Assembly: GCA_002269645.1 (NCBI GenBank)
Contig: NIVC01002513.1
Coordinates: 1 to 36,588, forward strand
Direction of reading: 5' to 3'
DNA: 36,588 bases
DNA from: Macrostomum lignano
Lineage: Eukaryota
Shown: positions 11,920 to 24,115 of the stretch, one piece after another
Layout: the number at the start of each line of letters is the position of its first letter
Numbering within the stretch: position 1 is the stretch's first letter
Translations under genes and position numbers: made by a program
Notes under the pieces: generated by a model
What the model saw: the letters and a program-made list of their open reading frames with translations, nothing else
The model's database searches: none
What the model was told of the DNA's origin: nothing

Positions 11920-14900
11920 AGTCAAAGTGATTCATATAGTCTGCAGTCAGACAAAGAGCTACAAACAAAGAGCACCCCGGAAGTGGTATCAAACTCGTCC
12001 GTAGGGCTGTTGCTGGAGTCAACAAACGCTTTGGAGTTGTGGTACAGGTCCATAACTGCCGTCACCAGGGTGTCAGGGACGCCGTACTGAGCCAGGAGCC
12101 AGGCTAAAGCCATCCCGCTGACAGAGTCGAAGGCCTTCCGGAAGTCAACGAAGACGATAGACACGGCTCGAAGACGAGTCTTGCAGGTTTCGACAATGCA
12201 CCGGATGGCCACGATCTGCTCCGTGGTGGATCTGCCTTGTCTGAAGCCGCTTCGAAGCTCGAGCAGCAGCGAGTTCAGGACAGGGAGGAGCCGATTGCGC
12301 AACACTGCGTTCAGCAGCTTTGGCAGCGTGCACTCCAATGCGATGCCACGTTGGTTGTCAAGGCTCGTGGAGGCGCCCTTCTTCGGGATGGAGACAATTC
12401 TTGAAGTACGCCAGAGGGGGACGGCCGTGGCAGCTGGGTTGCCGCCGAGACAGCATTACTTGTTCAGGATGCTAGTACGAGCTAATGTTGTCTGTAAGCT
12501 CTGGCAACTTCAGAACCCTGGGAGGCACTCGGTCGACTCCAGAGGCAGCGTCAGCGCGCATGCTCTTCAGCGCCTTGGTAACTTCCGCGGCGGTGATCGG
12601 GCCGGTGTAGAAGTCGCCATGCTGGGCTGGAGTGAAGCCGGCGGCGAGGAGAAGGGGAGACGTCGGGGAGGGGGGATTTAAAACTTGCCGGTAGTGGTCG
12701 ACAAGCAGGCTCTTTCTTTGCTCGATGGACTCAGCGCCAACGACTGTGGTCGGACGGGGTCTTCGTCCTGTGAGGCGGTTGATTGCTCGCCAGGCGGTGT
12801 GCCGGCAGTTGTTGGTGGCGGCTTGGATCTCTTGGACCACCTCCTCAATAAAAACTTCAGTGCGTTGGGCGTACGTCACCTGCAGGTTGTCTCTGGCGAG
12901 TCTAGCCTGGTCGCTGTCCTCGCCGTGACGCGCAGCGGCGCTCTGTGCAGAGCGTCTGGCAGTGGCGATCACGCGGTCGCAGTCCCAAAGTGCCCTTGGC
13001 TGGTGTCCTATTTGTCTAGGCAGAACTGACGCTGCCGACCCGACGGCACTCGCAAAGGCCTCAGCTGTCTCAGTGATTGCGGGACTCGCGTTGGAGAGCT
13101 CGGTAAGGAAGGCAGTGCGAGTCTCTGGGTTCCTCAGGTCTGCCCAGAGAGGCTTCGGCGGGGGTGTCTGAATCTCGTCCAGAAGAGGTTCAGTTCGCAG
13201 GTAACCAAGCTGTGGTCGGAAGCGACGCATCTGGGGCGGACGGTGATCAATCTGCACACCTACACCAACAACAAAAACAACAACAAGTTACGCCCCAGGG
13301 TCGATGTTGGACGTCACAGGTCGCACCTCAGAGCACGGGAGCGGAGAAAGGCCGGTCCACCGGCCTGGTCGGGGGCGCCAGCATCGGGCAGCAGGCAGTC
13401 CGGATACCGCCGAGTGCGCGCCTGCCCCCGCCGGAAGGGCGCCGGTAGCGCAAGCAGCAGCGTCTCCTGCGCCGGCTCGGGGCAGTACACCTCAGCGCGG
13501 ATGAGGTGGCCTGCCAGCTGGAGCCGCCGGCGGCGGAGCAGATCGCTGGGGCGGGCCAGGCGAGCTCGGGCGTACAGCGCCGCGTTGGTGACATGCTCGC
13601 CGCCGCCGATCTTGAAGGCTCGACCTGTCGCTCGAGCGTCTCCGTCAGCGTCCATGTTTCAGCGTTGTAGAGCAGGACGGTCTCGATCACCGCCTGGAAC
13701 AACGCCGAGCGCTGGCGGTCTGGGAGGGCCGCAGAGTGCAGGACGGTCCTCATGGAGTTGAAGGCCGCCCAAGCGAGTCCACGGCGACGCCTCAGGTCGT
13801 CGAAGGCGTCAGGTACCAGGCCGCCGAGGTACACGAACTGCTGAACGCGCGGCAGCAGCGTTGTTTGCCCATCAGCGCCTCGGCAGTAGATGTCGGCTTG
13901 GATGTTGGTGGGCATGGTGAGCACGACGGTCTTTTGCGTGTTGATCACCAGACCGACGCTCGCAGCAACGCCAACCAGACGGTCCAGCTGACGTTGGGCG
14001 CCCTCGACGGTTGAGGACAGCAGGGCGAGATCATCGGCGTAGCCCAGGATGCTGAGGCGACGCTCTGGCTGGCGGCGGCCCACACGGCGTTGCAGGAGGA
14101 AGCCATCGTCGGCTGTTGGTAGGGCAGTCCGCAGCACCCAGTCCAGAACCAGTACAAACAGGAAGGGCGCCAGCGTGTCCCCCTGGAGCACTCCGGATGA
14201 CGTGTCGAAGGTGTCCGAGAGGCCGTCTGGCGTCACCACCGCAGCTCTGGTGTTCTGGTACAGCGCCATCGTAGCACTGACCAGTTGCTGCGGCACGTTG
14301 TACGCTCTGAGCACCAGTGGAAGCGCGCTTCTGGCAACCGAGTCGAAAGCCTTCCTGAAGTCGACGAAGACCACAATCAGGCTTGACTGGCGCGTGCGCG
14401 CCTCCTCGATGACTCGCCGAAGGACCAGGATCTGCGTAACAGTGCCGCGTCTAGGCCGGAACCCATTCTGCTCGGTCCGCAGGTAGGGATCCAGCACGGG
14501 CTGCAACCGGGTAAGCAGGAGCCGGTTGAACAGCTTCGCGGCGATGGACATTAGGCAGATGCCTCGATGTTCCTCCAGCTTGGTGGTGCCAGGCTTCTTT
14601 GGTATGCCGACGATGTGTGCCATGGTCCATTCAGTAGGTGCTGGACCTCCGGCAAGCACGCTGTTGATCACACGGGTGACCTCAGTGGCCACGCAGTTGA
14701 TGCGCAGCGCCTCGATTGGCACTTCGTCTGGACCCAGCGCCCTGCCACCCGGGGTCTTAAAGGCGAGGGTCACAACATCGGCAGGGGTGACTGGACTGGT
14801 GTTGAACTGCTCCACCGTTGGCACTGGTGTTTCAGGCGGCAGTTGCAGATCAGCTGGCAGCGTGGGCGGCGGCGGTGCATTGACGATGGCGGCGAAGAAC

Positions 14901-15660
14901 GTGCGCAGACTGTTCTTACGCTCGTCCGGGGTGTCGCCTGCCAGGTTGAGCGCCGCCCGCTGCTTGCGCCCCGTCAGGGTGTTGATGGTGGACCAGGCCA
15001 CGCGGCTCCTTGCGTCAGGGCCTGCAGCAGAGACGGCTCGAATGGCGTCGTCAACGGCGGCGAGCTGCCGCTCCTAGTAGCCAGGGCCTCCCTCTGCATC
15101 GTACGCTGGCTGGCCACTCAGACGGATGCTCTTCACGTTGTCTGCCGCCTGTCTGACCTCCTCATCCTCCATCCTCATCCGCATTAGCGGCACCGACTGT
15201 TCAGCGGCAGTGCGGACAGCTGCACTGTAGATCAATCTGCACACCTAGAACGCAATTGGAAAGGGCAGAGGATTCAGTCCAGCCTTGTCGTTCTGCCGTT
15301 TGAGCGGAAGAAAGTTGGAAGCTTCGCGAGCCGCTGCCGTAAAGAGCCATTCACTCCGACGAGGTTCCTAGACTGGATGAAGGTCACCAGGAGGGCGGAG
15401 TTGGCGTTGGGCACGCCACAGTTCTTCACCAGGCGGCCATCGGCGGGCAGGGGCGCATTGCATGAAGTCTCCAGCCTCAAACATATAAGGTCGCGAGCCC
15501 GGATTGAGTCCAGGAGGTGGCCAAGTCTGTCATACAGGTCTTCAGTCTCGGCGGGGTCCTCGCTGGTCCTGGGGGCAGTGGGGGCGTAGATGCAGGCGAC
15601 GTGCAACCGTCGGTCGCCTACGGAGAAGGCCGCGTGGCCGAGTCGGTTTGTCAGGAAGCA
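11920..15660 (-). mobile_element. Outer RTE-clade non-LTR retrotransposon (APE endonuclease plus RT), truncated at both ends and interrupted by an inner RTE
   Basis: Endonuclease HVACIYAPT..RLD*ILCPFQLRSR (15606-15245) resumes at 13244 with ITVRPRCVASDHSLV (APE SDH motif). Then linker ..AWRAINRLTGR.., IVSIPKKG and RT motifs GFRQGRST, FVDFRKAFDSV, TSGVL, breaking off near 11970. Confidence 0.88.
13263..15229 (-). mobile_element. Inner 5'-truncated RTE-clade retrotransposon with (TTG)n-like tail and 18-bp TSD
   Basis: RT motifs GFRPRRGT, FVDFRKAFDSV, GVLQGDTLAPFLF, YADD. C-terminus shifts frame near 13640. Tail at 13263-13287. GATCAATCTGCACACCTA is present at both 13245-13262 and 15230-15247. 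Confidence 0.93.
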
Positions 15661-15856
15661 GGACCCTATACATCAGGCATACTTTTGGACACCCATTTTT
15701 TTATCTGCAGTAAAACTAGGCCGGAATAAAGCCGCTGCTGGTCCACTGAGAATTAGTATTTAGTACAATGCATTTTTGCTTTCCCATTTATATGTAGCTC
15801 GTGTTGTGCCCATTAATCCTGAAATAGCCGACTTTCGGTGCTCAGAATAGCTGGGT

Positions 15857-16186
15857 CATAAAGCCCAGGCATAGCAATTTCTATGAAGAGCGCCCAATAT
15901 ATATTCTTCTAACTATCTACGCAGGCGCTTTTTATAATTATAATTAAATAAAGTATAATTCCGGAAGTTCGGATCATTCGATTATTTGTTTGTTTACACA
16001 TTGAATTTTTTAGAGTACATACATAAAGCCCAGGCATAGCAATTTCTATGAAGAGCGCCCAATATATATTCTTCTAACTATCTACGCAGGCGCTTTTTAT
16101 AATTATAATTAAATAAAGTATAATTCCGGAAGTTCGGATCATTCGATTATTTGTTTGTTTACACATTGAATTTTTTAGAGTACATA
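15857..16186. repeat. Exact tandem duplication of a 165-bp AT-rich segment
   Basis: 15857-16021 equals 16022-16186 by eye (cataaagcccaggcatagc...tagagtacata). Confidence 0.92.
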
Positions 16187-18469
16187 TTTAAAAGGCCGAA
16201 AAACTATCCACTTAATCCTGAGACCAGAGGACAGTGTGCCCTTAAAATTCGCTCATAGCAGTGTAACTTAAATTTTTAACAGTTTTTTTGAAAAATAGTG
16301 CCTTCATTTTAAGTAAAAACAGACTTGATTGTTGCAATTGATAAATGATCATTTTACGTACCTTATATATAGAAATTTAAGTTACAAGTTGAATTTTTAA
16401 AGAACGCAATTATTGCAAAATACGAAATAGCAATGAAGGTCATACTCTTATCGTATATATACATACTCTTATCGATATATATATAGACTATTACTAAACA
16501 TGCGAGCATCTTTCTTTCTATCATAGTATCAGAGCAGCATCAATTAGCTTATAATTCTGGCTTTTGCACAAAAGAAAAAATAATAAACTAGGCCTATCGC
16601 TGAGTATCGCCTAATCCTAATCCTATTATGTCTACTTCAGGTTCAGAGATAGTGTTAGTGACCAATAGTGGGTGCAGTAGGGCCTATTCTTAAAATTACT
16701 CTTCTTAAAACAACATAGGCCAAGCCAAGGGCAATAATTGCAAATATGAATACTGAATTTTTTAAACAAATTTTGTTTTAAAATAAAAAAATACATTCTT
16801 AATAAAATGGTGCTAGATATGCCTATTAAAATTTCTATCAATCAAATAATTTATATTTTTAGAGATAGGCCCTATGCCTAGCTATTTATTTTCAATTTAA
16901 TTTTATCAACTTTGGAACCATTTAAAAAGGCAAACTAATGACTAATATTAATAAGGTCTATCTATATATATCAAAAAATGATAAATTTTTGTCTTTAGTT
17001 TAAAGTTCTATTACTAATTTTACTGTTTTTTAGATATCATAAACATAGTCATTGCCTATTGGCATATTTTTATATTATAAATTACACAAGAATAATTATT
17101 TTTGGCTTTTTTGCAATCTATACTTAAAATTATTAAATTTTAATTATGATTCTTCTTAATCTTAGGCTTAAACTAGACTTAAACGAGATAGTATAGTTAC
17201 ATATATGCCATAGATAGAATTTCAGCATATAGAAATGTTTGGCAAAATATAGAATAGAGATTGCTAAGATAATAGATAGGTAGGAGGTAGGACCAAATTC
17301 AGTCATTCAACTGGAGGTTGAGGATAGTTGCTTTTCCCTTAGGAAAAAACCAAAGAAATTAAAGGGGGAACCAAGTGAATTTTACTTAGATATAGAGCTA
17401 TTTCTTCTACCACCTTAGGTCTTATTCTCTAGAATCTGCCCCTTCCTTTAACAAATTTCTGGTTACGTTACTGACCAAGTTCAAGTTTTGTATAGTCTCT
17501 ATATATGTAAAAAAGCAAAATCTTTGTCCCAGGGCTCTTAATTATTCTTTTGTTTAGCCTTACTAGCTGCCACCAAGTTGTCACAGGTGTGTTTCTTCTG
17601 TCTTTTCAAATGATTTCACAGCTGTCACTAAGTTGTCAAAGGGCTAAACTCCTGTTTTATAAATGTTGGTAGCTGCCACCATGATTATCCTATTAATAAA
17701 TTATGAATTTATCAATCTTGGAATAATCCAAGAAATGTTTCTTAGAATGGGTCTGAGTATATATCTGAGTATTTAGTCTGAGTATTTAGTCTGAGTATTA
17801 TTCTTAGAAAACTATTAGCCCTTAAAGATTTTATTCCTCTGTTATTCTAGTAGCGTTTATTCTGATTCCAGTAGTGTTTACTGTACTTTTGGCCTGAGTG
17901 TTCTATTGGCTATACTGGTATATGTATTCCATATACTTTGCAAGTCCTTGGGCGTTATTGAGATCAGAAGGTCATAGCCTCCGGTTATTCTTACACGTAT
18001 CACTTCAGATCTACTTCGTATTCTCTTACTACTCAATACTGCTGCTTCTCAATAGTATGTAATGTATACTCTTCAGTCTATTTCAATCTTACTTCTTAAA
18101 AGGAATTAACACAGAAAACAATTCTTCAATTCTTATTTTCTTGGAACTCTTATTCTTTGCTATAGCTATTTCATTAGTGAATGGCAATGCGCGTGGTTGG
18201 TCTCTCCTCTGCCGAAAACGCTTCTATTTATCCTAAAATTTACTGCTAGTTTAAACAAAAATTAGTTTGCGTAAAATATTATAGAAAATACAAGTATTAA
18301 AACAAAATATGTTTCTCAGTTTTGGCGTCAATTTAAATTGACTAAATGGTGACTATTTTATAAAGAAATCTGGAGGGGCCCTGCACATTTTGATCAAAAA
18401 GAAGCCATGCATATCTTTAGATATGTTCTTATTTGTTTGATAAGTTCTTATTTGTTCTTATTTGTTGGT

Positions 18470-19130
18470 TTTTGCCTAATAGACAGGCTTTTATACCTGT
18501 TAGATAGGTTTTTAACCTATTAGAGAAGCTCTTATACGCATTATATAAGTTTTTACCTATTAGACAAGCTCTTATATTTGTTAGACTGGCTCTTATAACT
18601 GTTAGACAGGTTTTTACCTATTAGACAGACTATTTATATCTGTTTTGCAGGTTCTTACCTGTTGAGACAACCTTTATATCTGTTAGACAGCTTTTTTGTG
18701 AGACAGGTTCCTATATCTGTTAAAAAGGTTCTTACCTATTAGACAGGCTCTTATAACTGTTAGATAGGTCCTTACCTGTTGGACAGGCTCTTACCTGTTA
18801 GACAGGTTCTTACCTGTTAGACAGGTTCTTACCTGTTAGACAGGTTCTTACCTGTTAGACAGGTTCTTACCTGTTAGACAGGTTCTTACCTGTTAGACAG
18901 GTTCTTACCTGTTAGACAGGTTCTTACCTGTTAGACAGGTTCTTACCTGTTAGACAGGTTCTTACCTGTTAGACAGGTTCTTACCTGTTAGACAGGTTCT
19001 TACCTGTTAGACAGGTTCTTACCTGTAACCTTTTAGACAGGCTCTTACCTGTTAGACAGGTTCTTACCTGTTGGACAGGTTCTTACATGTTGTACAGGTT
19101 CCTATATTTGTTTGGCAGGTTTTAACTGCT
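18470..19130. repeat. 19-bp minisatellite ACCTGTTAGACAGGTTCTT; perfect core about 18791-19026 with degenerate flanks
   Basis: Seen directly; the unit contains the inverted repeat ACCTGT-TAG-ACAGGT. Confidence 0.93.
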
Positions 19131-19714
19131 AGACTAGACTAGAAGCTGATGATACCGCTAAGGTTATCACAGATCAAATCTAAAGCAAGCTGGGGTCACT
19201 AATCAATTGATTGACAATTCTAAGATAGGGTGAGAGATAGATTGGCGAGCTTTTGTTAAAATTGTATGCAAGCTTTGGGTAAGAGTCTCAATATCTAGTC
19301 TAGTGAATTAGATGTGCAAGATTCAATCAATAGAATGGATTCCTAACATAGTCATGTTATTATGTAATCAGTTATTCAGTCAACCAAATTTCTTCAAGTG
19401 TCTCTTGTCACCGTTTTATTTCCTCTGCTTAGTTCCGATGAGTCATCTGCTAAAAAAATTCTAACCTTTTGTTAGCCTCACTTCGACCCCCATGTCCCCG
19501 AACACAGGAGAGCTATAAGGAGATTTTCATCATAGAATAGCGTTTTATTCACTGATTATTGGAAACAGCTTTGAAGCAGATTTTTTTTCTTGTTATTGAG
19601 AACTGAAGTGAAAAAACATACTCTAGTCAAATTGCTGCTAACTGATTCATGCTGATGCCTATTTAAGTTGTCTCCTGTGAGTCTGGCAGACTCACAGTTC
19701 TCCCAGCGTCTCCT

Positions 19715-20232
19715 GTTGCTAGGCCAGCCTCCCAGATCCTCAGTTGCTGGGCCAACCTCCCAGATCCTCAGTTGCTAGGTCAGCCTCCCAGATCCTCAGT
19801 TGCTGGGCCAGCCTCCCAGATCCTCAGTTGCTGGGCCACCAGCCTCCCAGATCCTCAGTTGCTGGGCCAGCCTCCCAGATCCTCAGTTGCTGGCCACCAG
19901 CCTCCCAGATCCTCAGTTGCTGGACCAGCCTCCCAGATCCTCAGTTGCTGGGCCAGCCTCCCAGATCCTCAGTTGCTAGGCCAGCCTCCCAGATCCTCAG
20001 TTGCTGGGCCACCAGCCTCCCAGATCCTCAGTTGCTGGACCAGCCTCCCAGATCCTCAGTTGCTGGGCCAGCCTCCCAGATCCTCAGTTGCTGGGCCAGT
20101 CTCCAAGAGTCTCAGTTGCTGGACCAGCCTTCCAGATCCTCAGTTGTTGGGCCAGCTTCCCAGATCCTCAGCCTCCCTCAGTTGCGGAGCCAGCCTCCCA
20201 GTTCCTCAGTTGCTGGGCCAGCCTCCCAGATC
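19715..20232. repeat. 28-32 bp minisatellite GTTGCTGGGCCAGCCTCCCAGATCCTCA, about 18 copies
   Basis: Seen directly; ends just upstream of the first visible nuclear receptor exon. Confidence 0.95.
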
Positions 20233-20344
20233 TTTGAACTAAGCCCCAGCAACAACACAGCTCGGAGCTGAGCCTGACCCAAGCGAATTCCAACAATTAT
20301 CATTGCATGTCCCGCACCACAGCAAAATAGCCAAATCTGTGGCA

Positions 20345-20626
20345 ATGGGCGAATTCGTGGAATTCAACGAAGATGACAGTAATTGGCAGAACCCGGCTGA
20401 CCCTACGGGCGCAGAGGATTCTGTTGCTGGTCTGAATGGCGAAGATTTCGCAGCTGCGCCGTCGCCGTCACCTCCGCCGCGTCGACGAGGTAGGCGGGGT
20501 CGCCAGTCGACGTTGAAGGCCGGAGCGAAGTGCCTCGTCTGCGATCTGCTGGCCTCTGGGAAGAACTTTGGCGTGGCCACGTGCGAGTCGTGCAAAACAT
20601 TCTTTAGGCGGAATGCTAAGAGAGAT
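20345..20626 (+). CDS. HR96/NR1J-like nuclear receptor, exon with first C4 zinc finger
   Basis: CLVCDLLASGKNFGVATCESCKTFFRRNAKRD|gtaagg. Start tentatively ATG 20345: there is an in-frame stop at 20240 and possible acceptors at 20248 and 20260. Confidence 0.9.
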
Positions 20627-20744
20627 GTAAGGTTTTTTATTGCCGTTTAAAGTGTTTGTTTTAATGCTGAATTTATTTTAAACCTTTTTTTCCTCATTGT
20701 TCCCCTGCTTCTTGGACTCCATCATTTCCCTATTTCCCAGAATC

Positions 20745-21700
20745 CTTCATCATTCTCCCAGCCTCCTTCCCAATCATTCTCCCAGCCTCCTTCCAAATCA
20801 TTCTCCCAGCCTCCTTCCCAATCATTCTCCCAGCGTTCTTCCCCATCATTCTCCCAGCCTCGTTCCCCATCATTCTCCCAGCTCGTTCCTAATCATTCTC
20901 CCAGCCTCCTTCCCTATCATTCTTCCAGCCTCCTTCCCCATCATTCTTCCAGCCTCCTTTCCCATCATTCTTCCAGCCCCCTTCCCGATCATTCTCCCAG
21001 CCTCCTTCCCAATCATTCTCCCAGCTTTCTTTCCCATCATTCTCCCAGCCTCCTTCCCAAACATTCTCCCAGCCTCGTTCCTAATCATTCTCCCAGCCTC
21101 CTTTCCCATCATTCTCCCAGCCTCCTTCCCAATCATTCTCCCAGCCTCCTTCTTAATCATTCTCTCAGCCTCCTTCCTCATCATTCTTCTAGCCTCCTTC
21201 CTTATCATTCTCCCAGCCTTCTTTCCTATCATTCTCTCAGCCTCCTTCCCCATCATTCTCCCAGCCTCCTTCCCCATCATTCTCTCAGCCTCCTTCCCCA
21301 TCATTCTCCCAGCCTCCTTCCCAATCATTCTCCCAGCCTCCTTCCCAATCATTCTCCCAGCCTTCTTTCCCATCATTCTCTCAGCCTCCTTCCCCATCAT
21401 TCTCCCAGCCTCCTTCCCCATCATTCTCTCCGACTCCTCCACCGTCCTTCTCCCAGACTCCATCATCCTTTTCAAGACTCATCCATTATTCTTCTCCCAG
21501 ACTCTCCCATCATCATCCTCTCTGACTCATCCTTCATCCTTTTCCCAGACTCCTCCATCACCCTTCTCCCAGACTCATTCATCATCCTTCTGCCAGACTC
21601 ATCCGTCACCCTTCTGCCAGACTCATCCATCATCCTTTTCCCAGACTCCTCCACCATCCTTCTTTCAGCCTCCATCATTATTTCCCAGACTCCTCTTTCA
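20745..21700. repeat. 24-bp pyrimidine-rich minisatellite ATCATTCTCCCAGCCTCCTTCCCC, switching near 21430 to a related degenerate unit; NR intron 1
   Basis: Seen directly; explains the IILPASFP/MMGKEAGR ORFs. Confidence 0.95.
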
Positions 21701-21970
21701 TCATTCTCTTTCCAAACTCTACTTTCCTAACGTTTCCCTCCCACACTTCCCCATAATTCTCATTGACCTTTCCAGACTTTTTTTCTGATCATCTCCCCAA
21801 TCCCCAGTCTCTCTTCGTCATCCCTCTCATGATCTCTTTCTCACTATGGACTCCACCTTGTCTACCCTGCTTCCCTAGAATTTCTCTAAGCTAGCCGGGC
21901 AGTAACTATGCAGGTAAATGCTAGCTCTCTTGCTCATACCACGCACGCGACGCGTGAAAAATTTCTGCAG

Positions 21971-22094
21971 ACTTCTCAGCTGCGCTGCCTGCATCAGAAC
22001 AGCTGCAACATTAGCAAGGAATATCGACGATCGTGCACTTCCTGCCGGCTGAACAAGTGCTTCGCTGTTGGCATGAAGAAGGACCTCATACTGC
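21971..22094 (+). CDS. Nuclear receptor, second zinc finger exon
   Basis: ctgcag|ACT ... CTGC|gtaaga; TSQLRCLHQNSCNISKEYRRSCTSCRLNKCFAVGMKKDLIL. Confidence 0.93.
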
Positions 22095-22289
22095 GTAAGA
22101 CTGCCTGTCCTGAGTGGATCCGATGTCCCAACGTACCGGGTCCCAGCTAGTTTCATTGCCAAAATCACAGAGTCTTAGCAATCCCAGTGTTTGCTTTGAT
22201 TTTCTCTTAAATCCCTAGTTTTAAATTCCTAAAAAACCCATTAAGGCTTTCGAATGCCGGTGACAGTGCCAACCCCTTCAAGAATCCAA

Positions 22290-22790
22290 TTTGCAGTCTC
22301 AAATCCGCTGAAATTCCTAAATTAGCTTCAAAATCCCAAATTGCAGTCCCAAATCCCCTGAAATCCCGAAATTTAGCTTCAAAATCCCAACTGCAGTTTC
22401 AAATCCCCTGAAATCCCGAAATTTATCTTCAAAATCCGAACTGCAGTTTCAAATCCCCTGAACTCCCTAAAATTAGCTTCAAAATATCGAACTACACTCT
22501 CAAATGCCCTGAGATCCCTAAACCTAAATTAGCTTTAAAATCCCAAAGTGCTGTCTCAAATCCCCTGAAATTTCTAAATTTAGCTTCAAAATCCCAAACT
22601 ACACTCAAAGCCGCTGAGATCCTTAAATCCCGAAATTTAGCTTCAAAATCCCAAACTACACTCAAAAATCCGCTGAGATCCTTAAATTAGCTTCATAAAT
22701 CCCAAACTGCAATCCCAAATCCCATAAACTCCCAAAACTAGCTGTAGAATCCCAGTTCAGTCTGCGACGCCCAAATCCCCAACTCAATCC
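22290..22790. repeat. Degenerate 50-57 bp tandem repeat (AAATCCCGAAATTTAGCTTCAAAATCCC...); NR intron 2
   Basis: Seen directly; about 9 diverged copies. Confidence 0.85.
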
Positions 22791-22803
22791 ATTCCATTCG
22801 CAG

Positions 22804-23257
22804 CGGACGAGAAGCTCCGCTCCCGGGCCAGGCCGACATTCAAGAAGCCGCGCTATCGCTGGTGCCGCGTCCCAGCCGACATCGACGACTCGCAGCTGAT
22901 GTCGGCACTGACTTCCGTAGCTCCGGCCTGCGTGTCCCTCGAAGGCGTCAGGTTCGGCGGCATGGTCAAGCAGGAGCCGGCCTCCGGCTCCTTCGACGAT
23001 CAGATGACGGCTTCGGCTAGCGGCGTCGGCGAGGGCGAAATCGTCGACGCAGACGACAGCCGAATAGGCGAAGAAGACGGCAATGATGATGATGAAGCTA
23101 CTAGGGATGCTGGGGTGGTCGCGGCTGTCGCCGCGGCGGCCTCTTCTTCCGGGCCAATAACCGTTAACGAAGTCGTGGACGATGCTGATAGCGAAACGAC
23201 GCCCATACTGCCGGGAGAGTTCGGGCAGACCAGCGCTTTGCGGTCCTTCGATCCCAG
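22804..23257 (+). CDS. Nuclear receptor, hinge exon
   Basis: ttcgcag|CG ... CCCAG|gtttga; PDEKLRSRARPTFKKPRYRW... followed by an acidic, low-complexity stretch; phases 1 to 2 are consistent. Confidence 0.82.
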
Positions 23258-23260
23258 GTT

Positions 23261-24115
23261 TGACCCATTGACCCGTGCAGGGGTGTGACAGTGAGTCAGG
23301 AGTTAGAGAGGTGGGTCAGTCAGTGAGTCAGTAGCTTATTGACCCATTGACCCGTGCAGGGGTGTGACAGTGAGTCAGGAGTTATAGAGGTGGGTCAGTC
23401 AGTAGCTTATTGACTCATTGACCCATTGAGGGGGTGTGACAGTGAGTCAGGAGTTAGAGAGGTGGGTCAGTCAGTAGCTTATTGACTCATTGACCCGTTA
23501 AAGCCGAGGGGGTGTGACAGTGAGTCAAGAGTTAGAGGTGGGTCAGTCAGTAGCTTATTGACTCATTGACCCATTGAGGGGGTGTGACAGTGAGTCAGGA
23601 GTTAGAGAGGTGGGTCAGTCAGTAGCTTATTGACTCATTGACCCGTTAAAGCCGAGGGGGTGTGACAGTGAGTCAAGAGTTAGAGGTGGGTCAGTCAGTA
23701 GCTTATTGACTCATTGACCCATTGAGGGGGTGTGACAGTGAGTCAGGAGTTAGAGAGGTGGGTCAGTCAGTAGCTTATTGACTCATTGACCCGTTAAAGC
23801 CGAGGGGGTGTGACAGTGAGTCAAGAGTTAGAGGTGGGTCAGTCAGTAGCTTATTGACTCATTGACCCATTGAGGGGTGTGACAGTGAGTCAGGAGTTAG
23901 AGAGGTGGGTCAGTCAGTAGCTTATTGACTCATTGACCCTGGTGAGTCAAGAGTTAGAGGTGGGTCAGTCAGTAGCTTATTGACTCATTGACCCATTGAG
24001 GGAGTGTGACAGTGAGTCAAGATTTAGAGAGGTGGGTCAGTCAGTAGCTTATTGACTCATTGACCCATTGAGGGGTTACAGTGAATCAAGAGCTTAGGAA
24101 TAGTGGGTCAGCAGC
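23261..24115. repeat. 70/78-bp minisatellite with a 148-bp alternating dimer; NR intron 3
   Basis: A-type units start at 23433, 23581 and 23729; the first B-type unit starts at 23511. Confidence 0.93.

Noticed and set aside
12181-15187. Plus-strand ORFs of 90-206 aa overlapping the RTE elements
   Set aside because: Antisense shadows of GC-rich retrotransposon coding sequence; no recognisable motifs.
17453-17473. AAATTTCTGGTTACGTTACTG, resembling a hAT/MITE terminus
   Set aside because: No matching opposite end or TSD found.
19700-22100. Possible two-DBD nuclear receptor (2DBD-NR)
   Set aside because: Only one pair of C4 fingers is present; no second DBD exon was seen upstream.
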